Shown: in pieces, positions 59,684 to 64,000 of the stretch
Numbering within the stretch: position 1 is the stretch's first letter
Layout: the number at the start of each line of letters is the position of its first letter
Source: Polyangia bacterium
GTDB lineage: Bacteria > Myxococcota_A > Polyangia > JAAYKL01
Assembly (NCBI GenBank): GCA_050287845.1
Contig: JBNKCR010000034.1
Location: forward strand, 32,001-96,000
Length of the DNA stretch: 64,000 bases
Reading direction: 5' to 3'
Notes under the pieces: generated by a model
The model's input: the letters and a program-made list of their open reading frames with translations, nothing else
What the model was told of the DNA's origin: nothing
The model's database searches: none
Program-made: the position numbers and the translations under genes

Positions 59684-60405
59684 CCGAGTCGCAAGCCATC
59701 ACATTTGAATCTGTAAGTATCGCTTATGCCGGTGAGAATCCGATTTTGAAAAATATTGATTTATCGATTGGCTATGGTGAGAAGGTCGCCTTGATCGGTT
59801 TGAATGGAAGTGGAAAAACGTCCTTACTGATGGCCTGCGTCGGCCTTGCCCCGCATCTTGGAGTAATCACCGTAGGCAAGACACCCGTTCGTTCGGACAC
59901 AACAGAAATCGTGAGACGTCAGGTTGGTTTCTTATTCAATGTGCCAGAAGATCAGTTACTTTTTCCCAGAGTCGTGGAGGATGTGGCATTCTCTTTGACA
60001 AAAATCAAGCTTTCCAGAGATGAAAAGCTGCATCAATCTCTCCAAATACTCAAGCAACTGGGAATAGCTCATCTGGCACACAGCACTTTGCATCATCTAT
60101 CCCACGGTCAAAAACAACGAGTGGCGCTTGCTGGTGCTCTCGTTGCAAAACCGAGTCTTCTATTACTCGATGAGCCAACATCCGGTCTTGATCCACTCGG
60201 AAAAAGTAGACTTCAAAAAATATTGAAACGCCAAACGTCAGCTGTATTGATGGCAACTCATGATCTCGAATTTGCGCGAGGGTTCTGTGACCGATATCTG
60301 TTTTTGGAAGGCCGAAGTCTCAGAGCGGATTGGTCGTTATCCCAAATAGAAACACACTGGAAAAAAGTCATTGAGAATGATTCGAGTGATACACAAGATA
60401 GTTAG
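59680..60405 (+). CDS. ECF ATPase (CbiO/NikO/EcfA family)
   Basis: GLNGSGKT, PEDQL, LSHGQKQRVA, LLLDEP and ATHD. Confidence 0.92.
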   Translation: MTESQAITFESVSIAYAGENPILKNIDLSIGYGEKVALIGLNGSGKTSLLMACVGLAPHLGVITVGKTPVRSDTTEIVRRQVGFLFNVPEDQLLFPRVVEDVAFSLTKIKLSRDEKLHQSLQILKQLGIAHLAHSTLHHLSHGQKQRVALAGALVAKPSLLLLDEPTSGLDPLGKSRLQKILKRQTSAVLMATHDLEFARGFCDRYLFLEGRSLRADWSLSQIETHWKKVIENDSSDTQDS

Positions 60406-60818
60406 GACAGCTTTTTCCCAGTTGTCGTCGCCGATAGCTTGCCGTGTTTTACCCCCTTGTCGCCAATCAGCGAATCCGCCAATGAACGCACAACGGTTGC
60501 CTTTCCACGAACGGCGATCATTTCCATGCAATTGTCGTGGTCCAAGTGGATGTGTGTTGCAGCCAGGACTGCATCGTGGTGATCATGTTGGATCTTTACA
60601 AGTCTGTCTGTAAGCTCTCTCTTATGATGGTCGTAGACAATCGTTATCGTCCCAACGATTTCGTCGTTACGTTGCCATTCGTCTCGAACCAACGATTCTC
60701 GAATAATATCTCGAATCGCTTCTGAACGATTTTCATATCCATGCTTTTTAATCATTTTTAAAAAGCGATCATGGAGGTCATTTTCTATTGAGATGCTAAA
60801 GCGCGTCATCTTTTCCAT
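60402..60818 (-). CDS. nikR: Nickel-responsive transcriptional regulator
   Basis: RHH motif RFSISI...NRSEAIRD, YDHH, QH, and nickel ligands HIHLDHDNCME. Confidence 0.95.
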   Translation of the reverse strand: MEKMTRFSISIENDLHDRFLKMIKKHGYENRSEAIRDIIRESLVRDEWQRNDEIVGTITIVYDHHKRELTDRLVKIQHDHHDAVLAATHIHLDHDNCMEMIAVRGKATVVRSLADSLIGDKGVKHGKLSATTTGKKLS

Positions 60819-60909
60819 GTCAGTCCTCGTGAAGCATATGTCTAACTATCGATAATAGTGAGTTTTTTCTATCACAAACGAATTCCTTTGTCCCCTGATT
60901 AAACGATAG

Positions 60910-61050
60910 AGGCTTTGCTCTCTCGGAGGTGGGCGCGGAACTTGTCACGATCCTCCGGTGCAGAAGGTCTCCTTCCTGGCGAGATGCCGCGCCCAGCCTC
61001 CACCCGTTTTGAGGAGGACAATTATGGAGAAGCGGATGAAGCTGGTTTGA
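60910..61050 (+). mobile_element. Structured non-coding element, possible IS110-family left-end remnant with a truncated ORF
   Basis: Stem GGAGGTGGGCGCGG (60925-60938) pairs with CCGCGCCCAGCCTCC (60987-61001) and encloses inner stems. Strong GAGGAGG RBS, then ATG at 61024 that stops after 8 codons. The IS110 resemblance is recalled, not searched. Confidence 0.35.
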
Positions 61051-61161
61051 TCCGTCTGTATCTCAGGCTGGCGTTTAACTCAAATCGAGGGTTTTAAGAC
61101 AAAGCCTGAATCAACACTGACTATTTGATGGGAATGTGTTCCGAACGGATGTGGAGTAATT

Positions 61162-63204
61162 CTATTCCCCGTCGGTGATGGTCCAGTTGTGCTGGTCCAC
61201 CAGGGTCTGTTTCGCCTCCGTTGGAGCGCCCGGGCTGGCAATGGAATTGCCGCCGCCGAAGAGGACGTCATTCAGCACGTCCTGGGAGGCCCAGCCCACC
61301 AGCAGCGCATCGTAGTTGGGGGTGGAGAGTCCCGCTTTGCTGAACATGGCATCGGCGGTGGTGAGGTTGGTGACGTTCCAGGATGACAGGTCCTGGTCGA
61401 AGGCGGTCGCATAGTAGAACATGCCTGCCATCGTGGTCACTCTGGCGGTATTCCATCCGGAGATATCCTGATTGAACGAAGAGCAATATGTAAACATATC
61501 CGACATATCGGTAACGTTGGAGGTGTCCCAACCGGAGATGTCGCTGTTGAACACTTCACAGTTGAACATGTGCCGCATGGTGGTGACGCGGGAGGTGTCC
61601 CAACCGGAGATGTCGCCATTGAACACTTTGGTCTGATTGAACATCCAACTCATATTGGTGACATTGGACGTATCCCAGCTCGACAAATCCTGATTGAACG
61701 CATAGGCGCCCCAGAACATCGCGCTCATGTTGGTTACTTTCGATGTGTCCCACGCCGACAGCGGCTGGTTGAAGCTCATGGCGTAGTGAAACACATTATT
61801 CATATTGGTGATATTGGACGTATCCCAACTTGAAATATCCGCATTGAAATCGCTCGCCAGATAGAACATATTGCTGATGTCGGTAACGTTTGACGTGTTC
61901 CAGTTCGAGATGTCCTGATTAAACCGCGACGCACCGCGAAACATATTTGCCATGGTGGTCACCTTGGAGGTGTCCCAGTTGGAAATGTCGCGGTTGAAAT
62001 TTTCGACGTCCACAAACATCCTACTCATGTCTGTCACCTTTGAGGTGTCCCAGCCGGACAAGTCACTATTGAAATCGCGAGCGTAGTGGAAGGCATCTGC
62101 CATGGTGGTCACATTGGCGGTGTTCCAGTCTGAAATGTCGACATTCACATGGGATACCAAATAGAAAAGTTTTCTAATATCTGTCACCCGAGAAACGTCC
62201 CAGTTGTTGATGCCCGGAATGTCCGTCAGTTCCTGGCAATATCCGAACGCCCCTTGCAGGCTGGTGGTTTCAGAAATATCCGGTGCGTCCGTGGCGGTGA
62301 TCTTCAGATTCTTACACTCATAAAACTGGCCCAGGGTATCGCCAAACCCCAGTGATCCCCAATTGGAAACCCGCAACAGCTTGAGGGCATCACGACCGTT
62401 TGCCTGAAGAGACTTGTACTCCGGGAATTGCCAACCATTGATGGTGCCGTCAATGGTGACCGTGTACGTACCCGCCTGGGTATAGGTGTGTATATTGTCA
62501 TTGTGCCTTGTAATCCGACTGCTGGTGCCGTCGCCCCAGTCCACCGTGAAATCATAGGTGCCGCTCGCAACAAGCGGCAGCGAAATCTGATTGTCGTAAG
62601 AGATGCCTTCGTTGTCCGTTTTCCACTCCGTCACAAAGGATGTCCCATACGAAGCGGTATCAATGTCGGTGTCATCGGTGTCATCGGTGTCATCGGTGTC
62701 ATCGGTGTCATCGGTGTCATCGGTATCTGCGGTGTCTTCAGTGACTTCGGTATCTGCGGTATCTTCAGTATCTGCGGTATCTGCAGTGTCTTCGGTATCT
62801 TCAGTATCTTCGGTGTCATCGGTGTCATCGGTGTCATCGGCGTCATCGGTGTCATCGGTATCTTCGGTATTTTCGGTATCCGGTTCTTCACCGATATCAA
62901 CCGTGTCGGTGGCTGTTTCTGCCGTTTCTGATTCGGTATCGATTGCATCAAACTGTGTATCTACTGGCGCAGATGCGCTATCGTTGGGTTCTTCTGAATC
63001 GTTGCCGTTGCCACCGTTGGTGTCACTGTCCGGCACGTCTACAGAAGTATCGTCGTTTTGGTCCGAGTCGGTTGTATCTGTGACCGTGCCCACAGGCGCT
63101 GATTGGTAGCATCCGCCAATCAGCAATATGGCCGAGCACCAGAGAATTTGTAAGAGACTGTTAAATGGAATTGCTATGGGGTACTCTTTAATTGTGTTTT
63201 TCAT
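61162..63204 (-). CDS. BspA-family (DUF285) leucine-rich-repeat surface lipoprotein with PKD-like domain and DT linker
   Basis: Lipobox IGGC, D/T/E linker, VDWGDG...HTY, and repeated 25-aa units FNxDISxWDTSxVTxMxxMF. Confidence 0.92.
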   Translation of the reverse strand: MKNTIKEYPIAIPFNSLLQILWCSAILLIGGCYQSAPVGTVTDTTDSDQNDDTSVDVPDSDTNGGNGNDSEEPNDSASAPVDTQFDAIDTESETAETATDTVDIGEEPDTENTEDTDDTDDADDTDDTDDTEDTEDTEDTADTADTEDTADTEVTEDTADTDDTDDTDDTDDTDDTDDTDIDTASYGTSFVTEWKTDNEGISYDNQISLPLVASGTYDFTVDWGDGTSSRITRHNDNIHTYTQAGTYTVTIDGTINGWQFPEYKSLQANGRDALKLLRVSNWGSLGFGDTLGQFYECKNLKITATDAPDISETTSLQGAFGYCQELTDIPGINNWDVSRVTDIRKLFYLVSHVNVDISDWNTANVTTMADAFHYARDFNSDLSGWDTSKVTDMSRMFVDVENFNRDISNWDTSKVTTMANMFRGASRFNQDISNWNTSNVTDISNMFYLASDFNADISSWDTSNITNMNNVFHYAMSFNQPLSAWDTSKVTNMSAMFWGAYAFNQDLSSWDTSNVTNMSWMFNQTKVFNGDISGWDTSRVTTMRHMFNCEVFNSDISGWDTSNVTDMSDMFTYCSSFNQDISGWNTARVTTMAGMFYYATAFDQDLSSWNVTNLTTADAMFSKAGLSTPNYDALLVGWASQDVLNDVLFGGGNSIASPGAPTEAKQTLVDQHNWTITDGE

Positions 63205-63254
63205 CGTGAAATTCAGTATTATTGGAAGAATTCGAGTTTCCTGTTGAGCTTATT

Positions 63255-63616
63255 GCTGTCACAGCGTTTTTCACGGCAGATTTATAAATAGGTGACAGCC
63301 CAATGTCCAACATAATGTGACAGGGTGGATTGTAATGTAGTCCGATGTAATTTCGCTGGCGCATGGGCAATCGCAAGAAAATCATGAGACTGAATTTGCA
63401 AGGACTTTCATTGTGTAGTCCGTTTTTATTGTCACAGAAGATTCGTCGTTTGCGTAGGAAGGCTTTCCGAGTCGTTTGCGTAGGGTGCAAAGAACGTACT
63501 TATGAGGGAAAGGGCAAGACAATAGTGGCGGACTTTGTGTTCGCCCTGGTGTTCGCCCATCCCTGCGATTCTGTACTTGCATTCCCCTGTCACCACATAA
63601 TTCCCCTGTCACCACA
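63255..63616. promoter_or_regulatory. Divergent promoter region with clustered TGTCAC motifs and direct repeats
   Basis: TGTCAC/GTGACA occurs six times. ATTCCCCTGTCACCACA occurs twice (63581, 63600) and GTCGTTTGCGTAGG twice (63445, 63471). Confidence 0.5.
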
Positions 63617-63699
63617 CAAACCGGGTTGCCAACCGCTTCTGTTTGTGATGTCATATGCCATATAAACAAAACATGATTTGAATAGTCTGGAGGTTTGCG

Positions 63700-64000
63700 A
63701 TGGTTGACCGGAAATTGCTGAAAACGCTGGGTATACTTTTTTGGGGTGGTGTTCTGCTTGTTTCCGCATGCGAGGAGTGTCGTCTGTCCAGTGAATGCGA
63801 TGTGGGAGAGGTGTGTCAGTCCGGGGTATGTGAAACGCCATCTATCGAGCCGGGCAGCGTGTCGACGGATACGCAACAGTCGGGAGTAAGTGGCGGGAAT
63901 ACCTTTGCAACCCAGGACACCGGCACAGATACGGAAACGGACAGCCAGGTTGGGGATACGGTTTCTGAAGAGTCGGCAACTGATGATTCGGGTGCGGATT
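63700..64000 (+). CDS. Cys-rich lipoprotein with D/T/S linker; runs off the window end (not in the ORF track)
   Basis: GGAGG RBS, then MVDRKLLKTLGILFWGGVLLVSAC-EECRLSSECDVGEVCQSGVC..., open to 64000. Confidence 0.75.
   Translation, partial: MVDRKLLKTLGILFWGGVLLVSACEECRLSSECDVGEVCQSGVCETPSIEPGSVSTDTQQSGVSGGNTFATQDTGTDTETDSQVGDTVSEESATDDSGAD

Noticed and set aside
60925..61001. SRP RNA or NiCo riboswitch
   Set aside because: I could not find the SRP domain IV consensus or a recognisable riboswitch consensus by eye on either strand. It is kept only as an unidentified structured element.

Overview
Bacterial chromosomal window. Its gene content points to an anaerobic, polysaccharide-degrading Myxococcota/deltaproteobacterium. 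Myxobacterial-type proteins include FrgA-like, VWA, fibro-slime, TPR/PEGA and roadblock proteins; anaerobe markers are rubrerythrin and a cytoplasmic [NiFe]-hydrogenase. The taxonomy is an inference. Main blocks: (1) 1-4.2 kb, tandem lipoprotein SGNH carbohydrate esterases (two near-identical CE2 copies and one CE3-like) that share a 5' leader/signal/Asp-Thr-linker cassette, plus a 57-bp palindromic tandem repeat. (2) gltA. (3) A translationally coupled TIR-domain / nSTAND1 NTPase pair followed by a TPR-PEGA gene, a candidate defence or signalling system whose STAND lacks a sensor domain. (4) GH8, DUF1566 and a truncated esterase. (5) Housekeeping and myxobacterial core genes: giant TPR, prmA, rsmE, FrgA-like, nadD, cpoB, LysM, GspE/PilB ATPase, rsmD, coaD. 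(6) A solitary PDZ-NuoH-like fusion and rubrerythrin. (7) An operon roadblock/LC7 - V4R - [NiFe] small - large - ferredoxin - V4R - protease with no Hdr/MvhD/diaphorase partner. This is the best candidate for an under-described H2/redox-sensing system. (8) A poly-Asp/Ser lipoprotein. (9) An AT-richer operon with two Cys-rich lipoproteins, a TonB-dependent receptor, a non-NikM ECF transporter and a methyltransferase, preceded by a NikR-type palindrome and followed by convergent nikR. (10) A structured non-coding element resembling an IS110 left-end remnant. (11) A BspA/DUF285 surface lipoprotein. No tRNA, rRNA or CRISPR array was seen. All family calls come from motif recognition by eye, not database searches.
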